Shown: positions 1 through 9,883 of the stretch, piece by piece
Layout: each line of letters begins with the position of its first letter
Numbering within the stretch: position 1 is the stretch's first letter
NCBI GenBank assembly: GCA_033723415.1
Contig: JAWVXD010000012.1
Span: 1-43,293, forward strand
Origin: Sulfurospirillaceae bacterium
GTDB taxonomy: Bacteria > Campylobacterota > Campylobacteria > Campylobacterales > Sulfurospirillaceae
Direction: 5' to 3'
Length of the DNA: 43,293 nt
Position numbers and translations under genes: made by a program
The notes under the pieces: generated by a model
The model's database searches: none
What the model was told of the DNA's origin: nothing
What the model saw: only the letters and a program-made list of their open reading frames with translations

Positions 1-128
1 ATATATCTATTATCTTCGACATCCCATATCTCAGAATTTTTCGCATGTTTAACAAAAACTGGATATAGATTCCCCTGTCCTCTCGCAAACACTTTTGTTT
101 TACGCTTCTGCAGCTCTTGATTTCTCAT
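1..128 (-). CDS. gabT: 4-aminobutyrate aminotransferase (GabT/PuuE-type), 5' part only; gene runs off the window
   Basis: Not in the ORF track. Manual translation from ATG at 128 (RBS AAGGGG upstream) gives MRNQELQKRKTKVFARGQGNLYPVFVKHAKNSEIWDVEDNRY, matching the GabT N-terminal pattern (ARG...YP.FV..A.N.E.WDVE..RY). Confidence 0.8.
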   Translation of the reverse strand, partial: MRNQELQKRKTKVFARGQGNLYPVFVKHAKNSEIWDVEDNRY

Positions 129-161
129 TATCTTCCCCTTTTAATCATTCAAATATATAAA

Positions 162-1343
162 CTAACTATTATTGATTTCAAACAAGGCTGCTACACCTTG
201 TCCTCCACCGACACACATGCTGACAACAGCATACTTAACGCCTCTTCTTTTACCTTCGATCAATGCATGACCACTCATCCTAGCGCCGCTCATACCATAG
301 GGGTGTCCAATAGAAATAGATCCTCCGTTTACATTAAGACGATCATCACTGATACCTAATGTATTTTTACAATATAAAAGTTGTGAAGCAAACGCTTCAT
401 TGATTTCCCACAAGCCTATATCCTCAACCGTCAAATTGAATCTTTTTAGCAGCTTGGGAATGGCGACTACGGGACCGATACCCATCTCTTCTGGTTCACA
501 TCCTGCGACACTCATCCCTAGATAAGTTCCTAAGGGTATCAAGTTTCTTTTAATTGCTTCTTTTTCTTCCATAATGACACATGAGGACGAACCATCAGAG
601 AGCTGACTGGCATTTCCTGCTGTGATACTTGTATGAGCCCCTAAAACCGGAGTTAAATTTGACAAAGTAGTAAAAGTCGTTTCTTTTCTATTGCATTCAT
701 CTTTAACAATAGTCACTTCTTTTTGTGTCACTTCTCCACTATACTTGTCTTTAACATTCATAATGGCAGTAACAGGGATTATTTCACTGTCAAAATATCC
801 TTTTTCTTGAGCTTGAAAAGTCCTCTGTTGGCTTTGCAATGCGTATTTATCCTGTTCCTCTCTTGTAACGTTGTATCTAGAAGCTACAAGTTCAGCCGTT
901 TGAAGCATCGGCATATAATATTCACTTTTAACCAGGGCATCTTCATAATTAGATGCATTCCATGTTTCATTTTGTACCAAAGAACAGCTTTCTACGCCAC
1001 CGGCTAAGACAATATCATATCCTTCATTTACAACTTGATTGGCTGCTATTGCTATAGCATTTAGTCCTGATGCGCACTGTCTATCAACCGTAGAAGCAGC
1101 GACACTAACCGGTATATTTGCTGCCATTGCTGCATGTCTTGCTACGTTTACTCCTGCACTCCCTTGTGTCAATGCACATCCAATAGTAATATCTTCTATT
1201 TCACTTGCATCAATTTTTGCTCTTTTTATTGCTTCATTCATTGAAAATGCCATCAAACTTGGTACTGTTAAATTATTGTAACTTCCTCTGTATGCTTTTG
1301 CGATCGGCGTACGGGCAGTTGATACGATTACTGCTTTACGCAT
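162..1343 (-). CDS. Acetyl-CoA C-acyltransferase (thiolase)
   Basis: Thiolase motifs: RQCASG (catalytic Cys), NEAFA, GHPYG, CVGGG. Start moved to ATG 1343, 6 nt after AAGGAG; overlaps the upstream gene's stop. Confidence 0.93.
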   Translation of the reverse strand: MRKAVIVSTARTPIAKAYRGSYNNLTVPSLMAFSMNEAIKRAKIDASEIEDITIGCALTQGSAGVNVARHAAMAANIPVSVAASTVDRQCASGLNAIAIAANQVVNEGYDIVLAGGVESCSLVQNETWNASNYEDALVKSEYYMPMLQTAELVASRYNVTREEQDKYALQSQQRTFQAQEKGYFDSEIIPVTAIMNVKDKYSGEVTQKEVTIVKDECNRKETTFTTLSNLTPVLGAHTSITAGNASQLSDGSSSCVIMEEKEAIKRNLIPLGTYLGMSVAGCEPEEMGIGPVVAIPKLLKRFNLTVEDIGLWEINEAFASQLLYCKNTLGISDDRLNVNGGSISIGHPYGMSGARMSGHALIEGKRRGVKYAVVSMCVGGGQGVAALFEINNS

Positions 1344-2646
1344 TATCATCTCCTTGAATTTTTTCCAATTGACACCATTTAGCTATAAATAATGCCGTGA
1401 TCTGAGTGATTCTTCTAACGGATTCTAAATTTACACATTCATTAAACCCGTGAATTGATCTTGCTTCCGGACCAAAAACTAAAGTCGGGGTACTGTCATA
1501 TAATCCAAAAAATCTCGCGTCTGTAGTCGCTGTAATAGATATTTTCTCTAACTCATTCTTATTTACAATTTGATTTGCATATTCTAGTGTTTGGATTGCT
1601 AATTTTGAGTTATCAGAAGTATCATCTGCTAAAGAGTATCCTTCCGCTAAAAAGCCATTATAAGTGATCGTCGGCTCATTTTTTTTCAAAAATGCATTAT
1701 TCTGAGAAGCATTTTTTAATGTTAGTTCAATATCTTCTTTTGCACTATTAATATCCTGTCCTGGATAAATTGCAATTCTTACGTCAAAAGTAGTCCATGC
1801 CGGAACCGAACTAGCCCAATCACCTCCTGCGATTTTTCCTATATTTAATTTTAACGGGTTATGTATATGTTCATAATGACAATTTTTATCTTTAGGAGCG
1901 TTCCAGCGTTTTTCCATCTCTTTAAGTGCAGTAATAAGCGGGATCACCGCTTCTATAGCATTTTCTCCATTTTCTGCTTCATATACATGTGCCGGTAATC
2001 CTTTTAAATGTACTTGAAACCAAATTACACCGATTTGCGAGGTTACTAATTTTTCTGCAAATGGTTCAGGGATGAGTGCAGCATCTGCGTGATAACCTCT
2101 TTGTAAACATGCTAATGCACCATTTCCCGTACATTCTTCTTCTACGACACTTTGAAAATATACGTTTGCAGCGGGCATATAACCTAATGATCTTAGTGCA
2201 TCTAATGCAAATAGATTACTGACTATTCCTGCTTTCATATCGCCGACACCTCTACCGTACATCCAATCATCTTTTATATACGGCTCGAAAGGAGGTCTGT
2301 CCCACATCTCTAAAGGGCCAGTTGGAACTACATCTATATGTCCATTTAAGATTAAAGATTTGCCTCGATTTGTTTTACTTTTATGCGTTGCAACAACATT
2401 TAATGCATCCTCATAATTATCTAAAACCGGTGAGAATCCATCTAAGTGAGAGATATCATCTACATCAATATTCCACATATCTACATCAAACTTTCTATTT
2501 TCTAACTCTTTTGCCATAAAGTTTTGTGCATCTTGTTCATTACCTCTAGTAGAGGGGAAAGAACTTAATTTAGATAAAAAATCTATTTCTTTAGAAAAAA
2601 GATTGTCAACAGCCTCTAAGATGAGTTTTTCTTGATTTTTATCCAT
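1336..2646 (-). CDS. M20 (ArgE/DapE/YodQ-like) metallo-deacylase
   Basis: Motifs NGHIDVVP, GRGVGDMKAG, VEEE, TDARF and C-terminal IHGFNE. Confidence 0.9.
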   Translation of the reverse strand: MDKNQEKLILEAVDNLFSKEIDFLSKLSSFPSTRGNEQDAQNFMAKELENRKFDVDMWNIDVDDISHLDGFSPVLDNYEDALNVVATHKSKTNRGKSLILNGHIDVVPTGPLEMWDRPPFEPYIKDDWMYGRGVGDMKAGIVSNLFALDALRSLGYMPAANVYFQSVVEEECTGNGALACLQRGYHADAALIPEPFAEKLVTSQIGVIWFQVHLKGLPAHVYEAENGENAIEAVIPLITALKEMEKRWNAPKDKNCHYEHIHNPLKLNIGKIAGGDWASSVPAWTTFDVRIAIYPGQDINSAKEDIELTLKNASQNNAFLKKNEPTITYNGFLAEGYSLADDTSDNSKLAIQTLEYANQIVNKNELEKISITATTDARFFGLYDSTPTLVFGPEARSIHGFNECVNLESVRRITQITALFIAKWCQLEKIQGDDNA

Positions 2647-2658
2647 AATGATTCCTAA

Positions 2659-3318
2659 TTAAAAAGTTTTAATGTCATGATCTTGACAAATTATTTTGGC
2701 ATCTGTAGCATTTATGACATCACTTATACTTACTTCTTCAGCTATCTCGATTAGATGTAATTCTTCATCAATAATATCCAATACGGCCATATCTGTATAA
2801 ATTCTATTTACACATTTTTTAGCCGTCAACGGCAAGGTACATTTTTCCATTATCTTAGGACGACCTTTTTTGTCTAGATGAGTACTTATAATATGTACTT
2901 TACAAGCTTTTTGAGCAAGTTCAATTGCACCGCCTGCTCCAGGAGTAAATGAACCTGAGATCATCCAGTTTGCTAAATCACCATTGGCTGCAACTTGAAA
3001 AGCACCTAATATCGTCAAGTCCAATCTACCGCTTCTAACAATTGAAAAAGATACCGAACTGTCAAAATATGCAGCTCCTAATATTGGACGGATATATGTC
3101 CCTCCGGCATCAATCAGATTGCGATCTGCATCTTCAAAATCTACTTGTCCGCCAACACCTGAGATTCCATTTTCCGAGTGTAGACATACTGGGAAATCTT
3201 TTTCAAGATACTTAGTGATTTTTGTAGGATAACCCATACCTAAATTAACAATTTGATTCTTTTTGATGTCCATAGCTGCTCTTTTGAGCATTCTTTCTTT
3301 AGCGTTTAAATACATCAT
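2659..3318 (-). CDS. 3-oxoacid CoA-transferase subunit B
   Basis: VNLGMGYP, catalytic SENG motif, GAFQV..NGDLANW, GGAIEL. Confidence 0.92.
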   Translation of the reverse strand: MMYLNAKERMLKRAAMDIKKNQIVNLGMGYPTKITKYLEKDFPVCLHSENGISGVGGQVDFEDADRNLIDAGGTYIRPILGAAYFDSSVSFSIVRSGRLDLTILGAFQVAANGDLANWMISGSFTPGAGGAIELAQKACKVHIISTHLDKKGRPKIMEKCTLPLTAKKCVNRIYTDMAVLDIIDEELHLIEIAEEVSISDVINATDAKIICQDHDIKTF

Positions 3319-3991
3319 AATCCTTTGTCAATTTTTCTAGATAAACTATTTTATCTACAAACGGACCCGGGGTATGAACTTCATTTGGATCTAATTCGCC
3401 TAATTCTTTTATCTCTTCACTTTCAACTATACAAGTTTTGGTAGCCATTGCCATGAGTGGGTTAAAATTACGCGAACTTTTTTCATAAATCAGATTTCCA
3501 AAAGTGTCACTTACAGCGGCATGTATAAAAGCAAAGTCAGCTTTTAATGCCGGTTCAAATAAATACTCAGTTTCATTGATATTGACTTTTATTTTATTTT
3601 CTGCAAGTTTTGTATCTATCCCAATATCAGTAACGATGCCCATAAGACCGGCACCTGCAGCTCTTATTCTCTCGGCTAAGATACCTTGAGGAACAAATTC
3701 TACAGTTATCTTCTTCTCATTCATCATTTCTATGGCATTAGAATTTAATCCTATATGGCTTGTTATTAATTTTTTAACCTGACCGTTTTGTAACAATAAG
3801 TCAATTCCTTGACCATTTTCATTGGCATCGTTTTTTATTATCGTTAATTCTTTTGCTCCGTTTTTTACTAATTCATCAATCAAACAAAAAGGTGTCCCCG
3901 GAATCCCAAAACCACCGATAAAGATACTTGAACCATCCGTAATACTGCTTATTGCATCTTTTATATTTGTAGTTTTATTTTGTAAAGTCAT
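3299..3991 (-). CDS. 3-oxoacid CoA-transferase subunit A
   Basis: GGFG..G.P, PQG.LAERIRA.GAG, RNFNPLMA, VHTPG; overlaps subunit B. Confidence 0.92.
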   Translation of the reverse strand: MTLQNKTTNIKDAISSITDGSSIFIGGFGIPGTPFCLIDELVKNGAKELTIIKNDANENGQGIDLLLQNGQVKKLITSHIGLNSNAIEMMNEKKITVEFVPQGILAERIRAAGAGLMGIVTDIGIDTKLAENKIKVNINETEYLFEPALKADFAFIHAAVSDTFGNLIYEKSSRNFNPLMAMATKTCIVESEEIKELGELDPNEVHTPGPFVDKIVYLEKLTKDYDVFKR

Positions 3992-5340
3992 TGTTTATTT
4001 ACTAACAGATTGAATTTTATTGCGAAAGCATCTAGGCTCTCTTTTAATATCGAAATTATTTCAGATATTTGTGTTTCATTTATTATCAAAGGAGGACATA
4101 TTAAAAAATGATCTCCTTCATTACCACCACGTGTACGCCTAGAATAAATGATCAAACCTCTCTCATATGCCAGATCAACCAGCACGTTATAAGCGTTTAA
4201 TTCTTTCGGCAATACTTCCATCGTTTCTCTGTTCGATACAAGTTCAAAAGCTAAAAGCAAACCTTTCCCTCGTACATCACCTATAAATGGATATACGTCC
4301 ATCAGTTTTGTCAATTCTTGTTTTAATATATCACCCATGTTTTTTGCATTATTAACAAGATCTTCTTTTTGGATTTCTCTTAAAACCGCTAAACCTGCTG
4401 AACAAGCCAATGGATTACCTGCATATGTAAATCCATGTAAAAAACCACCTGAATTTAAAACTGCTTCTACTATATTTTCTTTAGCGACCATCGCTCCAAG
4501 CGGTGCATATCCTGCAGCAAAGCCTTTTGATAAGGCAACAATATCAGGTATGATACCCCAATGTTCAGAGGCAAGGAATGCTCCGGTTCTTCCGGCTCCC
4601 GTCATGACTTCATCATAAATCAATAATATGCCAAACTCATCACAGATTTCTCTTATCCTTTTATAATAGCTATCTGGTGCGACTAAAGCTCCTGTTGTAG
4701 CTCCTCCAACCGGTTCCATAATAAATGCTAAAACTGTATCTGCTCCTTGTTTAATTATCTCATCTTTTAACAAATTCGCATATTTTATACCTCTTTGTTC
4801 ATCACTCAAATCATCATGATCCAAATAACATGTAGGTGCAGCAATTTTCGGCATACTATTCATCATCGGTTCAAACGGTTTTGTAAGCGGATCATATCCC
4901 GTGATAGCTAAAGCACCTAATGAACAGCCATGATAAGAAGGGAATCTAGAAATAACTTTCCACTTTTTTGTTTCATTATTGATAAGAGCATATTGTCTTG
5001 CTAATTTTATGCAGCTTTCAACAGCTTCCGAACCGCCTGAAACAAAAAAAACTCTGTTTAATCCTTCCGGCATTAATTGTGCCGTTAATCTAGCAAGTTC
5101 TTCAGCAGGTTCATTTTGGAAATGCAAACGATAAGCAAAGGTTGCCTTTTGCATTTGTTCATTCATAGCTTTTAATACATTTTCATTTGAATGCCCGATA
5201 TTTGATACCATGGCACCGCTGCATCCATCAATATATCTTTTACCGTTTACGTCATATAAATAGATACCTTTTGCATAATCCAACATAGGTCGTGATGAAT
5301 TTGATTGGTAAAATAAATTTGATTCGCTATCTTGATTCAT
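3988..5340 (-). CDS. Class III PLP aminotransferase (YodT-like)
   Basis: [31 protein letters not shown] (PLP lysine), HGFTYAGNP. Confidence 0.92.
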   Translation of the reverse strand: MNQDSESNLFYQSNSSRPMLDYAKGIYLYDVNGKRYIDGCSGAMVSNIGHSNENVLKAMNEQMQKATFAYRLHFQNEPAEELARLTAQLMPEGLNRVFFVSGGSEAVESCIKLARQYALINNETKKWKVISRFPSYHGCSLGALAITGYDPLTKPFEPMMNSMPKIAAPTCYLDHDDLSDEQRGIKYANLLKDEIIKQGADTVLAFIMEPVGGATTGALVAPDSYYKRIREICDEFGILLIYDEVMTGAGRTGAFLASEHWGIIPDIVALSKGFAAGYAPLGAMVAKENIVEAVLNSGGFLHGFTYAGNPLACSAGLAVLREIQKEDLVNNAKNMGDILKQELTKLMDVYPFIGDVRGKGLLLAFELVSNRETMEVLPKELNAYNVLVDLAYERGLIIYSRRTRGGNEGDHFLICPPLIINETQISEIISILKESLDAFAIKFNLLVNKQ

Positions 5341-6115
5341 TATTTGCCTTTCGTAAATTTAGATGTTTAGATAAGAAATTTTTTGTTCTGTCATGTTTTG
5401 GAGAGTGAAAAATAATGCTTGGCGGTCCTTCTTCAACTACCAACCCCTGATCCATAAATAATACTTTATCACAGACATCTTCCGCAAAGGCCATTTCATG
5501 TGTCACAATGATCATTGTCATATGTTCTTTTGCAAGTTTTTTCATGACAAGGTTGACTTCATCTACCAATTCAGGATCCAATGCAGATGTCGCTTCATCA
5601 AAAAGCATCACTTTAGGCTGCATTGCGAGCGCTCTTGCTATCGCGACTCTTTGTTTTTGTCCTCCTGAGAGTTGAGAAGGATAATAATCTATCTTATCTA
5701 TCAATCCAACTTTTTCAAGCTCTTTTACTGCAAGTTCTTTTGCTTCTTTATCTGATATACCTTTTAACATCTTAGGTGCCAAAGTTATATTTTCACAAAC
5801 TGTCAGATGAGGAAATAAATTAAAATGTTGAAATACCATTCCAATATCTTGGCGTACCTTGTCTATATGTTTTTCATACTCTTTGGGAGGTAAAGTTTTG
5901 TTTATTTGTACATCTTCTAGCCAAATTTCACCTCCTGTTAAAGGAGATAAGTTGTTTATAGCTCGCAAAAGAGTACTCTTGCCTGAACCGCTAGGTCCAA
6001 TTATCGCAACTATTTGTCCTTTTTCTACGTCTATACTAATATCTTTTAAAACTTCCAAGTCACCAAAATTTTTCTTTGCATGACGAATACTGATAAATGC
6101 TTCTTTATTTAACAT
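5327..6115 (-). CDS. Polar amino-acid ABC transporter ATP-binding subunit
   Basis: Walker [28 protein letters not shown]. Start set at ATG 6115 after GGAG. Confidence 0.93.
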   Translation of the reverse strand: MLNKEAFISIRHAKKNFGDLEVLKDISIDVEKGQIVAIIGPSGSGKSTLLRAINNLSPLTGGEIWLEDVQINKTLPPKEYEKHIDKVRQDIGMVFQHFNLFPHLTVCENITLAPKMLKGISDKEAKELAVKELEKVGLIDKIDYYPSQLSGGQKQRVAIARALAMQPKVMLFDEATSALDPELVDEVNLVMKKLAKEHMTMIIVTHEMAFAEDVCDKVLFMDQGLVVEEGPPSIIFHSPKHDRTKNFLSKHLNLRKANNESR

Positions 6116-6132
6116 ATCTTTCTCCACTCTTT

Positions 6133-6789
6133 TTATTTTGCAATCTGTACATTTCGTTCAACTTTTCTTAATACCTTTTCCATAAATAAGTTAATAATAT
6201 AGTAACAAACAGCAGCAACAATATAAAATTCAAAAGGTCTGTAAGTCTCGCTTATTGCTAATTGTGACATATGAATCAACTCAGCAACTCCAATAACAGA
6301 AACTAAAGCCGAATCTTTCAACAAAGCGATAACGTTATTGCCGATTGGCGGTACTACTCTTCTAATTGCCTGTGGTAATATTACTTTTCTTATAGATTGA
6401 AATTTACTTAAGCCTAAACTTCTTGCACCTTCATCCTGACCTTTGTCAATTGTTACGATTGCTGTTTGAATTAACTCAGAATTATAAACTGCGTAAAATA
6501 GACCTAAACCAATAACTCCAGCTACAAATGCCGGTAAATCAATACCAATGTGAATCAAACCAAAATATATAAGAAATAATTGTAACAGCAGAGGCGTTCC
6601 CATAAATATCCAAGCAAAAAATTTAATCGGATATCTAAAAAACCAATGAGCATAAAGTTCAATCATGGCAAAGAATATTCCGCCAAGTATACTTATGACA
6701 GTTGCCACAAGTGTGATTGCAATTGTCCATAATGCACCGATTAAAATCGTATTCATATATGCCGGAACAACACTAAAATCAAGACCCAT
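6133..6789 (-). CDS. Polar amino-acid ABC transporter permease
   Basis: [11 protein letters not shown]-like loop (DEGARSLG), LKDSAL; hydrophobic. Confidence 0.92.
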   Translation of the reverse strand: MGLDFSVVPAYMNTILIGALWTIAITLVATVISILGGIFFAMIELYAHWFFRYPIKFFAWIFMGTPLLLQLFLIYFGLIHIGIDLPAFVAGVIGLGLFYAVYNSELIQTAIVTIDKGQDEGARSLGLSKFQSIRKVILPQAIRRVVPPIGNNVIALLKDSALVSVIGVAELIHMSQLAISETYRPFEFYIVAAVCYYIINLFMEKVLRKVERNVQIAK

Positions 6790-6810
6790 AATTTTTTCCT
6801 TTTACTTTAT

Positions 6811-7458
6811 TCATTGTATTTGCACTTTTCTATCTAGAAAATCAATTAATTTACCTACTGCAGATATCAATATAATATAAATAACACCGGCGAGGAGAAA
6901 CATCTCAAATGGTTTATACGTTGATCCAATAAAACGTTGGGCTGTATAAGTCAATTCAACGACAGATATCGTAGAAACTAATGCCGTTGCTTTTATTTGT
7001 GCGTTGATATTTACACCTAACGGTCTAATCATAAGGCGGGCAGCTTGTGGCAATACAACTTTCATCATGGTTTGAGTTTTATTTAAACCCAAAGTTCTTG
7101 CTGCTTCAATTTGACCTTTATCAATCGAGATTATTGCTCCTCGAATTGTTTCCGTCATGTAAGCACCTATATTAATTCCAAGTCCTATAATACCTGCTTC
7201 AAGTGCATTCAATTGAATGCCGACTTGTGGACCTCCAAAATATATAATAAACAACTGTAATAAGGCAGGTGTTCCTCTTATGACGCTTACATATACATTC
7301 CCAATAATTCTAAAGTATCTTTTAGTTGATAATTTTGCAAATGCTCCAAAAGCCCCACAAATTAAACCTAAGAGTATAGTTGACACTGAAAGTTCAATCG
7401 TGACTACCGTTGCTTTTAAAAAGTAAGGATATACCTTTAGCATTAAATCTATATCCAT
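6811..7458 (-). CDS. Polar amino-acid ABC transporter permease
   Basis: RGTPALLQL, GQIEAARTLG. Confidence 0.92.
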   Translation of the reverse strand: MDIDLMLKVYPYFLKATVVTIELSVSTILLGLICGAFGAFAKLSTKRYFRIIGNVYVSVIRGTPALLQLFIIYFGGPQVGIQLNALEAGIIGLGINIGAYMTETIRGAIISIDKGQIEAARTLGLNKTQTMMKVVLPQAARLMIRPLGVNINAQIKATALVSTISVVELTYTAQRFIGSTYKPFEMFLLAGVIYIILISAVGKLIDFLDRKVQIQ

Positions 7459-7539
7459 TTAAACTCCTAATCTATATAATTTATGCAAGTAGAGGCACCA
7501 TAATTCTTATCATCATATTTTAATATCAATAGCATTTTT

Positions 7540-7830
7540 AATTGTGGAAAGTGAAATTCTTAAAAGAGATGTTGTTACATCTGTTACGGTAGTAGTTGAT
7601 TATTGCAGTATGCACCAACTATCGTATCTATTTCCCAATCCCCGATTTTGCCTTTGTCAGTCACTTGTCTTATCCCAATATGATATGGACTCTCTATCTT
7701 TAATCTTCTTCTGCTCGAATGAGCATTCTTCTCTCTTTGGTAACTCTACTTACAGAATTTTCATTGTAATTTTTCTTCTGAGTACTGCTATCACTTTTGC
7801 AATCTCATTTTCGTATCCAAATTTTCGTTA
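7540..7830 (-). pseudogene. Decayed IS30-family transposase fragment (boundaries approximate)
   Basis: Minus strand near 7610-7665 reads QVTDKGKIGDWEIDTIVGA, the IS30 GDWE.DT..G motif. It is preceded in another frame by KIKDRESIS (cf. IPNRVSI). Frameshifts and stops are present; no intact ORF. Confidence 0.7.
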
Positions 7831-7858
7831 AACTTGGAGCATGGAACTTTTTCTATAT

Positions 7859-7934
7859 GGTTAAATGTTAAAAAACCTTTTAACTCCCTTTATATCCTAC
7901 ACTTATAAAGGGAATATGTTTTTAACATTTAACC
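7859..7934 (-). other. Nested inverted repeat / long stem-loop immediately 3' of the substrate-binding protein gene
   Basis: GGTTAAATGTTAAAAA (7859-7874) pairs with TTTTTAACATTTAACC (7919-7934); inner TCCCTTTATA (7885-7894) pairs with TATAAAGGGA (7904-7913). Confidence 0.7.
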
Positions 7935-7948
7935 TCTTAAAATTTGAA

Positions 7949-8734
7949 TTAGCGAATATCCGCACCGATCCATTTTTTAGCTATTTTTGTATATGTGCCA
8001 TCTTTTTGCATTCCTTCTAAAGCTTTTTGCATAGCTTCTCTCAATTTATCATTACCTTTTCTAATCGCAATACCTGCACTATCAGAAGTTCCTGATAAAC
8101 TTGGAACATTTAATTCAGTTACTTTTACGCCGTTTTTCTTAATTGCAACCAGCACCGGGATATCATCACTTACAAATGCATCAATTCTTCCGGTATCTAA
8201 TTCCATTAATAACTCTGGCAAACCTTTATATGTTTTAATATCCCAAGAGGCATGAGTTCTTGCCCATTTTTCATGTGTCTCCCCTAAAACAACACCTACT
8301 GTGTGACCTTTAAGATCTTTTAGACTTGAAATATTTGAACCTTTCTTTACAAAGACTGCGCTATGCATCCTATAATACGGTCCAACAAAATCAACAACCT
8401 TTTTTCTCTTATCAGTTATAGACATAGATCCGACAATCGCATCGTATTTGTTCGCTAATAATCCGGCGATTATACCGTCCCAAGCAGTAGTTATGATTTC
8501 TACTTTCATTCCTAATCTTTTTGCAATTTCTCTTCCTATTGCAGGATCAAAGCCAACGACTTTATTTTGTTCATTTACAAAATTAAAAGGAGGATATGCT
8601 CCACTCATTGCTATTTTCATAACACCGCTTTTTTGTAACGTGGCTAATTCATCCGCTGAAACTGTGCTACTAGTTGCAATCAATAAAAAACTTATTAAAG
8701 CAATAAGCGTACTAATTTTTTTTACAAAACTCAT
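7949..8734 (-). CDS. Polar amino-acid ABC transporter substrate-binding protein (family 3)
   Basis: Signal peptide; YPPFNF, GFD, WDGIIAGL..KYD, SMSIT..R motifs. Confidence 0.93.
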   Translation of the reverse strand: MSFVKKISTLIALISFLLIATSSTVSADELATLQKSGVMKIAMSGAYPPFNFVNEQNKVVGFDPAIGREIAKRLGMKVEIITTAWDGIIAGLLANKYDAIVGSMSITDKRKKVVDFVGPYYRMHSAVFVKKGSNISSLKDLKGHTVGVVLGETHEKWARTHASWDIKTYKGLPELLMELDTGRIDAFVSDDIPVLVAIKKNGVKVTELNVPSLSGTSDSAGIAIRKGNDKLREAMQKALEGMQKDGTYTKIAKKWIGADIR

Positions 8735-8758
8735 TTTGTTCCTTTTTAGTTTGGTTCA

Positions 8759-8860
8759 TTAATTATATTTTATATATAATTAAGATAGTTAAAGAATTAT
8801 TGAATAACTTAATAATTCTCACCTCATAGGAAGATCAATATATTTAATATAATTAAATAT
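8759..8860. promoter_or_regulatory. Candidate operator palindromes in the divergent promoter region
   Basis: TTAATTATAT-N5-ATATAATTAA (8759-8783) and ATATTTAAT-N3-ATTAAATAT (8840-8860). The very AT-rich context lowers significance. Confidence 0.35.
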
Positions 8861-9164
8861 CTTTACTCTGATTAAATCATACTGTATACTTTTTCTAAAA
8901 GCAAGATAACTTTGCATTATTTTTAATCAATCAACTCATGACTGCTACTTTTTGCTACATTTAGACGAAAATGGCGATATATTTATTTATAAATGTCTGG
9001 GAAAAGTTTGAAAATGTGTGTAATTTATTCAACAATGGAATATAAATTATTATGTATTTTTTAAATATAAAAAATTTTCAAAGGCAAATCTGTATCTACA
9101 ATCTTTAAAAATTGTGGCATAATACGGCATTTAAGATATAAATACTAACAAATATAGGACAAGC

Positions 9165-9719
9165 ATGAATATAGGGGAAAAAATAAATACATTAAGACTG
9201 AAAAAAAAGTTGAGTACAAAAGATCTAGCCAAAAAAGCAGGTATATCTGCTGGAATGTTGTCTTTACTGGAAAAAGGATCAACTCAAGGTTCAGTTGAAA
9301 CATTGAGAAAAGTTGCAAAAGTTTTAGATATTACATTATCATATTTATTTGAAGAAGAAGACCAAGAACTAATCGGTGTTGATCATGAGTCTTTTCACAT
9401 TGTTAGAAAAGATAATAGAAAAAAGATTTTCTTTGCCAATCCTGCATATACGTGTGAATTATTAACTCCTGATTTAAAAGGTGAAATTGAATTTGTATTG
9501 GTAGAGTTAGGTCCGGAACACATACCTGATGAAATATTTCCACCTTGTAAAAGTGGTGAAGAGTGTAATTTGGTTTTGCAGGGGGAAATAGAAGTTCAAT
9601 TAGATGACAAGACATATACCCTTTATGAAGGAGATTGTATCAGATTTAATCCAAAAATACCACATAAAATCAATAACAGAAGGAAAAAGAAAGCTTTATA
9701 TATAAGTGCAAGATTATAA
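9165..9719 (+). CDS. XRE-family HTH + cupin transcriptional regulator (PuuR/SutR-like)
   Basis: N-terminal HTH (LAKKAGISAGMLSLLEKG) and C-terminal cupin (GEE...VLQG.I...L.EGD.I.F....PH); divergent from the catabolic operon. Confidence 0.9.
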   Translation: MNIGEKINTLRLKKKLSTKDLAKKAGISAGMLSLLEKGSTQGSVETLRKVAKVLDITLSYLFEEEDQELIGVDHESFHIVRKDNRKKIFFANPAYTCELLTPDLKGEIEFVLVELGPEHIPDEIFPPCKSGEECNLVLQGEIEVQLDDKTYTLYEGDCIRFNPKIPHKINNRRKKKALYISARL

Positions 9720-9788
9720 ATATATTCCTGTACGTACAAACATATAAATTTATTAAAACTATAAAGCAAAGTAAGTAATGTACTAAAA

Positions 9789-9865
9789 TGGTGTCCCGGA
9801 CAGGATTCGAACCTGAGACCTCTCGATTAGGAATCGAGTGCTCTATCCAGCTGAGCTACCGGGAC
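9789..9865 (-). tRNA. tRNA-Arg (CCT)
   Basis: Reverse complement GTCCCGG...CTCGA-TT-CCT-AA-TCGAG...GGTTCGAATCC...CCGGGACACCA; cloverleaf with encoded CCA. Confidence 0.96.
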
Positions 9866-9883
9866 TCATCTTTGTTTTAGGAG

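Noticed and set aside
7544..7831. 95-aa plus-strand ORF in the ABC operon gap
   Set aside because: Antisense to the IS30 remnant; no RBS or family motif.
8735..9164. Possible lysine riboswitch or sigma54 promoter upstream of the transporter
   Set aside because: No GC-containing multi-stem aptamer is visible. The TTGCT near 8900 (minus strand) lacks the -24 GG element.
1..9788. Integrase or prophage at tRNA-Arg
   Set aside because: No recombinase, phage gene or att duplication is visible within the window.
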